From: a virus
Lineage: Duplodnaviria > Caudoviricetes
Reading direction: 5' to 3' (one strand)
DNA length: 29,832 nucleotides
Virus record (IMG/VR): IMGVR_UViG_3300032373_001157
Coordinates: 1 to 29,832 of that record
Below the pieces are notes generated by a model that saw nothing but the letters and a program-made list of their open reading frames with translations, was not told where the DNA came from and made no database searches. The position numbers and the translations under genes were made by a program. The first letter of the stretch is position 1. Each line of letters opens with the position of its first letter. This document shows positions 16,045 through 24,733 of this stretch, in pieces.

Positions 16045-18177
16045 ATGGCTGAAAAACGCGTATCGGTCCGCCTTGCCGCCGTAGGTGGCAAGCAGGTCAA
16101 GGCCGAGTTTGAAGGCATCGGCGAGGCTGGCAAGAGGGGCTTTGGCAAAGCCTCGCGCGAGATGGAGATCGCCAATGCACGGCTGGCCAGCTTTGCCCGG
16201 CGGGCAAAGATTGCGGCCGGGATCATGGCAGCGGCGGCCGTGGCGGCTGGCGTTGCAATGCTGCGCTCGGGCCTGCAGGCGATTGATGAGCAGGCAAAAC
16301 TGGCCGCCTCCCTGAACACTACGACCGCCAGCATGCAGGTACTGGCGCGGGCGGCCGATCTTGCCGGGGTATCACAGGGTGAAGTTTCACAAGCGACCAT
16401 CATGATGACCAAGAGCCTCAGCCAGGCCGCTGCGGGAACAGGCCCGGCTGTCAAGGCCTTGCAGCAATTGCATCTGTCGGCAACTGATCTGGCAAAGCTA
16501 CCGGTTGATGCCAAGATCATCGCCATTCAGGATGCGATTGCCAGGTTCATCCCCAAAGCACAGCAGGCGGCTGTGGCCTCGCAGATCTTCGGGGCGCGGG
16601 CGGGTTTGATCTTCACCCGCATCGACAGTGCGACTTTGCGGCAGGCCACACAGGACGTGCAGGATTTCGGGGTGGCGGTATCGGAATCTGATGCCGCACA
16701 AATCCAGCGCACCAATGACGCGCTGAGTCGGATGGGGCTGTTGTGGCGCGGTATATCCAACCAACTGGCGGTGGCAGCCGCACCGGCGCTTGAAGCCATC
16801 GCCAATGCCATGGCCGCGATTGGCAAAACGACGGGCCCGCTTGGGAGTGCCATCAGGATCCTGTTCAATCGTCTCGGTGAAATCGCCACCATTGCCGCCA
16901 CCTTTGCTGCCGTGCTGGGTGGCAGGTTGGTGATCTCGCTGGCGAGTGCGGCGCTTGGTATTCGCGGCGTGTCGATCTCGCTCATCGCCCTGCGCGGGGC
17001 GCTGATCCGCACCGGTATCGGCGCGCTGATCGTCGGGGCGGGCGAGTTGGTCTATTGGTTTGGTCGCCTCGTGAAGGGCGCAGGGGGCTTTGGGAATGCG
17101 ATGCGGCTGTTGAAAGACGTCGCCGTGGAAGTCTGGGAGCGCATCAAGCTCGGCGGCAAATCGCTCGGCCTGGCCCTGGCGACGGTCTGGAGCACGGTTG
17201 AGACCGGCTGGTTGCGGATGCTGGCGGGGATCCAGAAGAAATGGGCGGATTTCCTGCACATGATCGCAGGCGGCCTGCGCGATGTGCCGGGAATGGATGC
17301 GGTTGCGCTCAAACTTGGCGGGGCGGCGATCGATGCGGGCTCCGGGTATTATGAAATGGCCGCTGCGGCAGAGGCCGCGAAAGGCAAATCACAGGAATTG
17401 GCCGTCGCGGCCGTTACTGCGGCCAATGCCGCGAAAGCCCCGCTCACCTCATTGCAGGCGTTGCGGGATGCCCTGAAGTCGAGCGCCGAAGAAACCGGGA
17501 ACGGTCTCGCCGACACCACAACTTCAGCCGAGGCCCTGTCTCAGGCAGTCACCGGGGCGGGCAAGGCCGCGCGCACGGCGGCAGAGGGTGCCAAAACCAC
17601 ATGGAAACAGGCGGCGGATGCGCTCAAGGACTACGCCACCAAAGCGGGCGATACCGGCAAAGGCATCGGCGACGCGCTGGTTGGGGCCCTCAGTAATGCC
17701 GAGACTGCCATTGGTGAGTTCGTCAAAACCGGCAAGCTGGATTTTCACGGGTTGGTGACCTCACTGCTGGCTGACATGGCAACACTTTCGGCCCGAAAGT
17801 TCATTCTCGGGCCACTCGCAAATGCCCTGTCAGGATCTCTTGGCACTCTCGGAAGTATCTTCGCGCCAGTGTTGCATGCCGGTGGCATGGTCGGGGCTGG
17901 CGCTCCGCAACGGATGGTTCCCGCCATGGCCTTTGCTGGTGCGCCGCGCATGCATAGCGGTGGCTGGGCGGGACTACGCCCCGACGAAGTGCCGGCCATT
18001 CTGCAACGGGGCGAGCGGGTGCTGAACCGGGCTGAGGCGGCGCAATACGGCACCGCCGGTGCCCAAAACATCACCATCAACATTCAGACCAGAGACGCCG
18101 AAAGCTTCCGGCAATCGCGCATCCAGGTCTTGGCCGACATTGCCCGGGCGGTCGCCATGGGCCGGAGGGGCATGTGA
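16045..18177 (+). CDS. Tail tape measure protein
   Basis: 710 aa, Ala/Gly-rich and helical. F.KTGKLDF..LV.S lambda-TMP-like segment and C-terminal HSGG..LRPDEVPAILQRGERV. AAGGAG RBS; follows the chaperone genes. Confidence 0.9.
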   Translation: MAEKRVSVRLAAVGGKQVKAEFEGIGEAGKRGFGKASREMEIANARLASFARRAKIAAGIMAAAAVAAGVAMLRSGLQAIDEQAKLAASLNTTTASMQVLARAADLAGVSQGEVSQATIMMTKSLSQAAAGTGPAVKALQQLHLSATDLAKLPVDAKIIAIQDAIARFIPKAQQAAVASQIFGARAGLIFTRIDSATLRQATQDVQDFGVAVSESDAAQIQRTNDALSRMGLLWRGISNQLAVAAAPALEAIANAMAAIGKTTGPLGSAIRILFNRLGEIATIAATFAAVLGGRLVISLASAALGIRGVSISLIALRGALIRTGIGALIVGAGELVYWFGRLVKGAGGFGNAMRLLKDVAVEVWERIKLGGKSLGLALATVWSTVETGWLRMLAGIQKKWADFLHMIAGGLRDVPGMDAVALKLGGAAIDAGSGYYEMAAAAEAAKGKSQELAVAAVTAANAAKAPLTSLQALRDALKSSAEETGNGLADTTTSAEALSQAVTGAGKAARTAAEGAKTTWKQAADALKDYATKAGDTGKGIGDALVGALSNAETAIGEFVKTGKLDFHGLVTSLLADMATLSARKFILGPLANALSGSLGTLGSIFAPVLHAGGMVGAGAPQRMVPAMAFAGAPRMHSGGWAGLRPDEVPAILQRGERVLNRAEAAQYGTAGAQNITINIQTRDAESFRQSRIQVLADIARAVAMGRRGM

Positions 18178-18179
18178 CC

Positions 18180-18809
18180 ATGGCATTTCATGAGATCCGC
18201 TTTCCCGACAATATCAGCCGGGGCGCGCGTGGCGGTCCGGAACGGCGTACCCAGATTGTCGAGCTGGCCTCGGGTGATGAAGAACGCAACGCCAGCTGGG
18301 CGAACTCGCGCCGCCGCTATGACGCGGCCTATGGTGTGCGACGCGCCGATGATCTGGCGACCGTGGTTGCCTTCTTTGAGGCGCGTAACGGGCGGCTCTA
18401 TGGGTTTCGCTGGAAGGACTGGGGGGATTATAAATCGTGCCTTCCGTCGGGCACGCCTGTCGCGACCGATCAGCTGATCGGCACCGGCGACGGGGAAGCA
18501 ACGGCGTTTCAACTGAAAAAGGCCTATACGTCTGGCACGCAAACATGGTCTCGGACAATTGCAAAGCCGGTCGCAGACACGGTCATGGTGGCAATCGACG
18601 GTGCGATGCAGGCGACAGGCTGGTCCGTCGATACCACGACCGGTCTTGTCACCTTTGACGCCGCGCCAGTCAGTGGCACCAGTATCACTGCCGGTTTCGA
18701 ATTCGATGTGCCGGTGCGTTTTGACACCGACCGGCTCGACGTCACCCACGACATCGAACGCCTCGGCTCCATCACGTCCATTCCGCTGATTCAAGTGACC
18801 GGCAGGTGA
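18180..18809 (+). CDS. DUF2460 / RcGTA g12-like distal tail protein
   Basis: FHEIRFP.NISRGARGGPERRTQIV.LASG.EERN..W, FFEAR.G...GFRWKDW.D and AGFEFDVPVRFDTD. Confidence 0.9.
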   Translation: MAFHEIRFPDNISRGARGGPERRTQIVELASGDEERNASWANSRRRYDAAYGVRRADDLATVVAFFEARNGRLYGFRWKDWGDYKSCLPSGTPVATDQLIGTGDGEATAFQLKKAYTSGTQTWSRTIAKPVADTVMVAIDGAMQATGWSVDTTTGLVTFDAAPVSGTSITAGFEFDVPVRFDTDRLDVTHDIERLGSITSIPLIQVTGR

Positions 18810-18841
18810 ATGGAACATTCACTGAAAGGTGAGGTGCGCCG

Positions 18842-19726
18842 ATGAAGACTCTTCCTGCCGGTCTGCAAACCCACCTTGATTCTGGCACAACAACCTTAGC
18901 CTGGTGCTGGCGTCTCACCCGTAATGACGGGGCGGTATTTGGCTTCACCGATCACGATCTGTCGCTCACATTTGACGGCACCAGTTTTGAGCCTGAATCC
19001 GGGTTTACCGCTTCGGAAATCCGCGCGGGCTCTGATTTATCGGTCGACGCGCAGGAAGCTGAGGGCGTGCTGACCTCTGACACTATCACCGAAACCGACA
19101 TTCTGGATGGCCGCTGGGACAATGCGACTGTGGAGGTCTGGCGCGTCAACTGGACCGACACCAGCCAGCGGGCCCTGCTGCGCCGTGGCGCCATCGGCCA
19201 GATCCGGCGCGGACGGCTGCACTTTGTCGCCGAGATTCGATCCCTCGCGCATGTGCTGGGCCAAACCGTTGGCCGGACCTTTCAGGCGACTTGTGATGCG
19301 GCTCTGGGAGATATGCGTTGCGGTGTCGATCTCAGCGATCCGGCCCTTAAGGCAAGCGGCACCGTGGTGAGTATTTCCGGTGATCGGGCATTTACGATAT
19401 CGGGCCTATCCGGATTTGCCGACGGCTGGTTCGCGCTTGGCACGCTCCAATGGCTCACTGGTGCCAATACTGGCCGAAAGGCCGAAGTTCTGAGCTACGC
19501 TCTAACGGGCGCGGACGTAACGATTACCCTTTTGGAAACCCCGGTGCGCCCAATCGAGGTTGGCAATACGTTTGACATTTCCGCTGGCTGCGACAAGCGC
19601 TTTGAAACCTGTCAAAGCAAGTTCGCCAACGCGGTCAATTTTCGCGGCTTTCCGCATATCCCGGGCCAGGACACCGTTATTCGCTATGCGGCCAGGGGCG
19701 ATGCCAACGCAGGGTCGGTGCTGTGA
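18842..19726 (+). CDS. DUF2163 / RcGTA g13-like baseplate hub protein
   Basis: TTTLAWCW...R.DG..FGFTDHD, CDAALGD.RC, AGCDK...TC..KF.N..NFRGFPHIPG. Confidence 0.9.
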   Translation: MKTLPAGLQTHLDSGTTTLAWCWRLTRNDGAVFGFTDHDLSLTFDGTSFEPESGFTASEIRAGSDLSVDAQEAEGVLTSDTITETDILDGRWDNATVEVWRVNWTDTSQRALLRRGAIGQIRRGRLHFVAEIRSLAHVLGQTVGRTFQATCDAALGDMRCGVDLSDPALKASGTVVSISGDRAFTISGLSGFADGWFALGTLQWLTGANTGRKAEVLSYALTGADVTITLLETPVRPIEVGNTFDISAGCDKRFETCQSKFANAVNFRGFPHIPGQDTVIRYAARGDANAGSVL

Positions 19727-20238
19727 GTGACGACGTTTCCAAAGGAAACGGCGGGCGGCAGCGTAAGGCACAGCAATGCGTGAGAACCAAGGCCAATACC
19801 GCCCCGGCGCGCATCATCAAGGCAACCCGGCGCTGGATTGGCACGCCGTATCACGACCAGGCGTCTGTGTGCGGGGTCGGCTGTGACTGCCTCGGCTTGT
19901 TGCGTGGGGTCTGGCGCGACGTGGTGGGTCGCGAGCCGATGTTGGTGCCGCCCTATTCCCGCGACTGGGGCGAAACGGGTCCGACCGAGATACTGGCCGA
20001 AGCAGCACGGGCGGCGATGGCGGAGTTGGATGTTTCCGACGCCCGCACCGGCGACGTGATCCTGTTTCGCATGCGCGCAGGCGCGATTGCCAAACATTGC
20101 GGCATCCTTTCAGGCCAGGGCTGCTTCATCCACGCCTATGAGCGCACCGGCGTGATCGAGGAATATCTGACGCCCGCCTGGCAGCGCCGCATTGCCTACG
20201 CCTTCCGGTTCCCTGATCCGGCCAAACGAAAGACCTGA
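19723..20238 (+). CDS. NlpC/P60 cell wall peptidase (RcGTA g14-like); alternative start GTG 19780
   Basis: WIGTPY.DQAS..GVGCDCLGL.RGVWR, AKHCGI and FIHAY catalytic motifs. Confidence 0.9.
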   Translation: MSDDVSKGNGGRQRKAQQCVRTKANTAPARIIKATRRWIGTPYHDQASVCGVGCDCLGLLRGVWRDVVGREPMLVPPYSRDWGETGPTEILAEAARAAMAELDVSDARTGDVILFRMRAGAIAKHCGILSGQGCFIHAYERTGVIEEYLTPAWQRRIAYAFRFPDPAKRKT

Positions 20239-20239
20239 C

Positions 20240-23200
20240 ATGGCTTCCCTTCTTCTGGCCTCGGCCGGGGCAGCGCTCGGTGGCAGTATCGGTGGCGCCG
20301 TGCTCGGTGTGTCGGCCGCCACTATCGGCGGTGCGATCGGCTCTTTTGCGGGCTCGATGATCGACAGCTGGATTGTCTCCTCGCTCGCCCCCGGCCAACG
20401 CATTGAAGGCGCGCGGCTGGAGGGCCTCACGATCACCACATCGACCGAGGGCGCTGTGATCCCGCGCATCTATGGCCGGATGCGCATTGGTGGTAATATC
20501 ATCTGGGCGACCGATTTTACCGAAAACGTCAATACCAGCACCCAAGGGGGTGGCAAAGGTGGCGGCGGCGGGGTGACGACCACGGCCTATCTTTACACAG
20601 CCTCTTTTGCGGTCGCGCTCTGCGAGGGGCCGGTTTCCGGAATTGGCCGCATCTGGGCTGATGGCAAGCCGCTTGATCTGACCGGCATCACCTGGCGGCT
20701 CCACAAAGGCGATGAAGCCCAACAGCCGGACCCGTTCATTGCAGCAAAGATGGGTGCGGGGAACGCGCCAGCTTATCGTGGAACAGCCTATGTGATGTTT
20801 GAAGAATTGCCGCTCGAGCACTTCGGCAACCGCATTCCGCAGCTTTCCTTTGAAGTGTTTCGGTCGCTCGAGGATCCCGACACCCTTGAGCGCCAGATCA
20901 AAGCCGTGACCCTGATCCCGGGTTCCGGAGAGTTCGTTTATGCGACCGAGCCAATCCGGCAGGGAAGCGCCGGGGCGACGACCCCGGAAAACATGCATGC
21001 CAGTGCGGCGGCCACGGACATGGTCATCTCGCTCGACGAGCTTGAAACCGTCCTGCCGAATGTAAAAAGCGTATCCTTGGTTGCCTCGTGGTTTGGCACT
21101 GATCTGCGCGCAGAACATTGTCAGATCAGACCCGGTGTCGAACATGCCACCAAACCCACCTCGCCGGAAACCTGGTCGGTCAACGGTATCGACCGGGCGT
21201 CTGCCAGCGTCGTGAGTCTGGATGCGGACGGCAACCCGGCATATGGCGGTACACCGGCGGATTTTGCCATTGTGCAGGCAATCAAAGAACTGAAAGCCCG
21301 GGGCAAACGGGTGACGTTCTACCCGTTTCTGCTGATGGATATTCCGGCGGGCAATGGCTTGCCGGATCCTTATTCCGACAATGCTGCCTCTATCGGCCAA
21401 GCGGCCTATCCGTGGCGGGGGCGCATCACTTGCTCACCTGCCGCCGGGTTAATTGGTACTGTGGACAAGACCGCTACCGCAACGGCACAGGTCGCCGCCT
21501 TCTTTGGCGAAGCCCAGGCCTCGGATTTCAGCGTATCTGGTGAAACCGTGTCGTGGACCGGCGATCCCAATGACTGGGGCTATCGCCGCATGATCCTGCA
21601 CTACGCCCATTTGTGTGTTGCGGCAGGCGGGGTCGATGCCTTTCTGATTGGGTCTGAACTGCGCGGGTTGAGCCAGATCCGCGACGGGGCCACCAGTTAC
21701 CCGGCGGTTGCCGCCCTGCAACAACTGGCCGCTGACGTGACCAATCTGGTGACAATCTCGACCGGGATTTACCCGATTCCCGTAGATTTTACCGATCTCA
21801 GTCTTGTGCCCTATCCTGGCGACACCCCGGCAGGAGTCATGGAATCAACCGCCCCGACCTGGGAGAACTGGAAATCGCCGCTGCCGGCGGTCACCACCGG
21901 CACAATTGACACCAGCGGCACCAACAACCGAACCGTTTACAAATGCTTTGACGTGATTGCGGCCGGCGTTTCCGCTGTGGATATCGATGCCGGCAATGTA
22001 ACGCTGGAGTTTTCGGCAACGCAAACCTGGGTCTGGGGTAGCACGCGATTGCAGCTGCGCACCTTCGGCCTGCCCGATGAAGGTGGGCAACCGGATGTTT
22101 CTTACCCGCATGCATTTGGGCCGCTTTTCCTTGATGCCTCAAGCAATGCAAGCGTTTCGGTGCCAACAGCGACGACCAGTGGTAGTGGTGTTTTGCCGAC
22201 TGGCACCCGCTGGATCCAGCTGCAAATCATCATGTATGACGGGCTGATTGCCTCGAATTTTGATATCCACCTGACCTCCGGCACCCCGCAGGTGTTGTCC
22301 GGGCATGTGGGTTATGCGGCCGACTGGTCGGAATATTTCGGCCATCAGCCACAGGACGGTTCCGGCGAGGTTCTGTTTCACCTCGACCCGCTCTGGTCTG
22401 ATCCGAACATTCATTTTGTCGGCATCGACAATTACCTGCCGCTGTCGGACTGGCGCGACGGGTTGGATCATCTGGATGCGCAGGCAGGATGGGCGTCTGT
22501 TTATGATCTCAATTATCTGCGCGCCGGGATCGAAGGTGGCGAGGGGTTTGACTGGTTCTATGCCACCGACGCAGATCGCGTCGCACAGATCCGCACGCCG
22601 ATCACCGACGGTGCCTTTGGCAAGCCCTGGGTGTATCGGCCCAAAGACATCCGGAACTGGTGGTCAAACCCGCATTTTGACCGTCCGGCAGGGGTGGAAA
22701 ACGTTACCCCTACCGTCTGGGTGCCACAATCCAAGCCAATTCGTTTTACCGAACTCGGCTGTCCGGCGGTCGATCGCGGCAGCAATCAGCCCAACGTATT
22801 CCTTGATCCCAAATCAGCCGAAAGCGCTTTACCCTGGCATTCCCGCGGCTGGCAGGATGAGGTGATCCAGCGGCGGTATCTCACGGCGATGCTCGGCCAT
22901 TGGGCAGAGGCCGCCCACAATCCCACCTCAACTGCCTACGCCGCCCCGATGATCGACATGGATGAAGCGTCCGTCTGGACCTGGGATGCCCGGCCCTATC
23001 CGGATTTCCCGGCGAGGGCGAATATCTGGTCAGATGCGGCCAACTGGCGGTTGGGCCACTGGCTGAACGGTCGTGCCGGAGCCATCACCCTTGCTGCGCT
23101 GCTGCGCGAGCTTTGCACCCGCGCCGGTCTGGATGCGTCGCTGATCGACGGGGTCGAACTCGCCGATATCGTGCAGGGCTATGTCATCACCGCCCTTGAA

Positions 23201-24733
23201 AGCCCGCGCGCCTCGATCGCCACACTGGCGCGCCACTTTGGCTTTGATGCGGTGGAAAGCGGCGGTTTGATCCGGTTTTTGCCGCGCGGGCGTCAACCCG
23301 TTGTCACGATTACACCCGATGAGTTTGCCGCTTCTCAGGGTGATGTGATGGAGCTGACACGTGGCCAGGAAACCGAATTGCCGCAAGCGCTGAAATGGCA
23401 GGTGATCCGGGCGGATGAAGAGTACGATACTGCCACGGTTGAGGCCCGCCGTGTGACAGTTGGCGCCTCCCGTATCGCCTCGGAAAGCTTTCCGCTGGCG
23501 GTTCCGACCCAGGAAGCAGAGCGCCGGTGCCGCCGTGCGCTGATGGAAGCCTGGCTGGGGCGGGAAACCCTCACCGCCAGCCTTCCGCCCTCAAATCTCG
23601 CCCTTGATCCCGGGGATGTGATTTCACTGGCGCATGACGCGCGGCTGGTGAGCTATCGTCTGGGGCGGGTTTCAGATGCAGGCGCACGGGCGATTGAGGC
23701 GATCCGGACCGATGCCGCGATTTATGACTTGCCACCCGGTCAGGTCCGCCCGGCAAAACTGCCCGGCACGACCATCTTTGGCCCGGCCGAGGTTGCGTTC
23801 CTCGACCTGCCGCAAATCTCTGAGGCCGTGCCCGCGCATCAGCCCTATGCGGCGGTCTTCGCCAATCCCTGGTACGGCGCGGCAGCAGTTTGGAGCAGCG
23901 CTTCGCAGGCAGGGTTCACTTTGCGTGATGTCATTGGGCAACAAGCGCAAATGGGGGTGCTTGCCGCTGATTTTCCCTCGGGGCCGCTCTGGCGGTTTGA
24001 TCATGGCAATGAACTGCTGGTTGATCTGTCCTCCGGCATGCTGACCAGCGTCACCGATACCGAGTTGTTTGCTGGCGCCAATTCACTGGCGATTGAGGCT
24101 GCGCCCGGCATCTGGGAGATAATTCAGGCTGGCCAGGCGGAGCTTGTGGCGCCAAGCCGATACCGGCTGACCCGCCTGTTGCGCGGTCAGCGCGGCACTG
24201 ACGATGCCATGGGGGAGCCGACATCTTTGGGCGCGCGGGTGATCGTGCTGAATGCCGCACTGCAACCCCTGTCGATCTCTGAAGCAGATCTTGGTCTGCC
24301 GTGGAACTGGCGGGTTGGACCGGCCAGTGCTGCGCCATCCGATCCAGTGATGGCCGCACTGACATTTACCCCGGAGGGACGAGGTTTGAAACCCTTTGCA
24401 CCGGCGCAATTGCGCCTGCGACGCGAAGTTAATGGTGATCTCGCCCTGCGCTGGGCGCGCCGGTCCCGGTCCCTGTCGGCGGACAGCTGGGTGCTGGCCG
24501 AGACGCCAATGATCGAAGCCTCAGGAATCTATGATCTTGAACTTCTGAACGGGACCACAGTCGTTCGCACGGTTTCTGGCCTGACGTCTTCTGCATTTAC
24601 CTATGACAGCGCCATGCAGGTTGCGGATTTTGGCGGTCCGGTCACCAGTCTGACAGTGCGGATCTACCAGCTCGGTGCGCTGGGTCGCGGCACCCTGCTT
24701 CAACAAGCCATCAGCATCAGGGAAACCCTATGA
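20240..24733 (+). CDS. Megatron-type baseplate/host-specificity protein (RcGTA g15-like, GTA TIM-barrel plus phage tail domain) with an internal insert
   Basis: STEG..IPR.YGRMR.GG.IIWA, PAYRGTAY..FE, IPGSGEF.YAT, FYPFLLMD, YAADWSEY, GIDNY.PLSDWRDG, FTELGCPAVD.G.NQPN, WTWDARPYP.FP and LLRGQRGT. Confidence 0.92.
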   Translation: MASLLLASAGAALGGSIGGAVLGVSAATIGGAIGSFAGSMIDSWIVSSLAPGQRIEGARLEGLTITTSTEGAVIPRIYGRMRIGGNIIWATDFTENVNTSTQGGGKGGGGGVTTTAYLYTASFAVALCEGPVSGIGRIWADGKPLDLTGITWRLHKGDEAQQPDPFIAAKMGAGNAPAYRGTAYVMFEELPLEHFGNRIPQLSFEVFRSLEDPDTLERQIKAVTLIPGSGEFVYATEPIRQGSAGATTPENMHASAAATDMVISLDELETVLPNVKSVSLVASWFGTDLRAEHCQIRPGVEHATKPTSPETWSVNGIDRASASVVSLDADGNPAYGGTPADFAIVQAIKELKARGKRVTFYPFLLMDIPAGNGLPDPYSDNAASIGQAAYPWRGRITCSPAAGLIGTVDKTATATAQVAAFFGEAQASDFSVSGETVSWTGDPNDWGYRRMILHYAHLCVAAGGVDAFLIGSELRGLSQIRDGATSYPAVAALQQLAADVTNLVTISTGIYPIPVDFTDLSLVPYPGDTPAGVMESTAPTWENWKSPLPAVTTGTIDTSGTNNRTVYKCFDVIAAGVSAVDIDAGNVTLEFSATQTWVWGSTRLQLRTFGLPDEGGQPDVSYPHAFGPLFLDASSNASVSVPTATTSGSGVLPTGTRWIQLQIIMYDGLIASNFDIHLTSGTPQVLSGHVGYAADWSEYFGHQPQDGSGEVLFHLDPLWSDPNIHFVGIDNYLPLSDWRDGLDHLDAQAGWASVYDLNYLRAGIEGGEGFDWFYATDADRVAQIRTPITDGAFGKPWVYRPKDIRNWWSNPHFDRPAGVENVTPTVWVPQSKPIRFTELGCPAVDRGSNQPNVFLDPKSAESALPWHSRGWQDEVIQRRYLTAMLGHWAEAAHNPTSTAYAAPMIDMDEASVWTWDARPYPDFPARANIWSDAANWRLGHWLNGRAGAITLAALLRELCTRAGLDASLIDGVELADIVQGYVITALESPRASIATLARHFGFDAVESGGLIRFLPRGRQPVVTITPDEFAASQGDVMELTRGQETELPQALKWQVIRADEEYDTATVEARRVTVGASRIASESFPLAVPTQEAERRCRRALMEAWLGRETLTASLPPSNLALDPGDVISLAHDARLVSYRLGRVSDAGARAIEAIRTDAAIYDLPPGQVRPAKLPGTTIFGPAEVAFLDLPQISEAVPAHQPYAAVFANPWYGAAAVWSSASQAGFTLRDVIGQQAQMGVLAADFPSGPLWRFDHGNELLVDLSSGMLTSVTDTELFAGANSLAIEAAPGIWEIIQAGQAELVAPSRYRLTRLLRGQRGTDDAMGEPTSLGARVIVLNAALQPLSISEADLGLPWNWRVGPASAAPSDPVMAALTFTPEGRGLKPFAPAQLRLRREVNGDLALRWARRSRSLSADSWVLAETPMIEASGIYDLELLNGTTVVRTVSGLTSSAFTYDSAMQVADFGGPVTSLTVRIYQLGALGRGTLLQQAISIRETL

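Noticed and set aside
21740-22303. Megatron insert as an intein or IS element
   Set aside because: No Cys/Ser start with a His-Asn end, no homing endonuclease or transposase motif, and no terminal inverted repeats seen.
18180-24733. Bona fide gene transfer agent cluster
   Set aside because: Only the tail-tip genes are GTA-like. The head module is lambda-type, the tape measure is long, and methyltransferase and lysis genes are linked.
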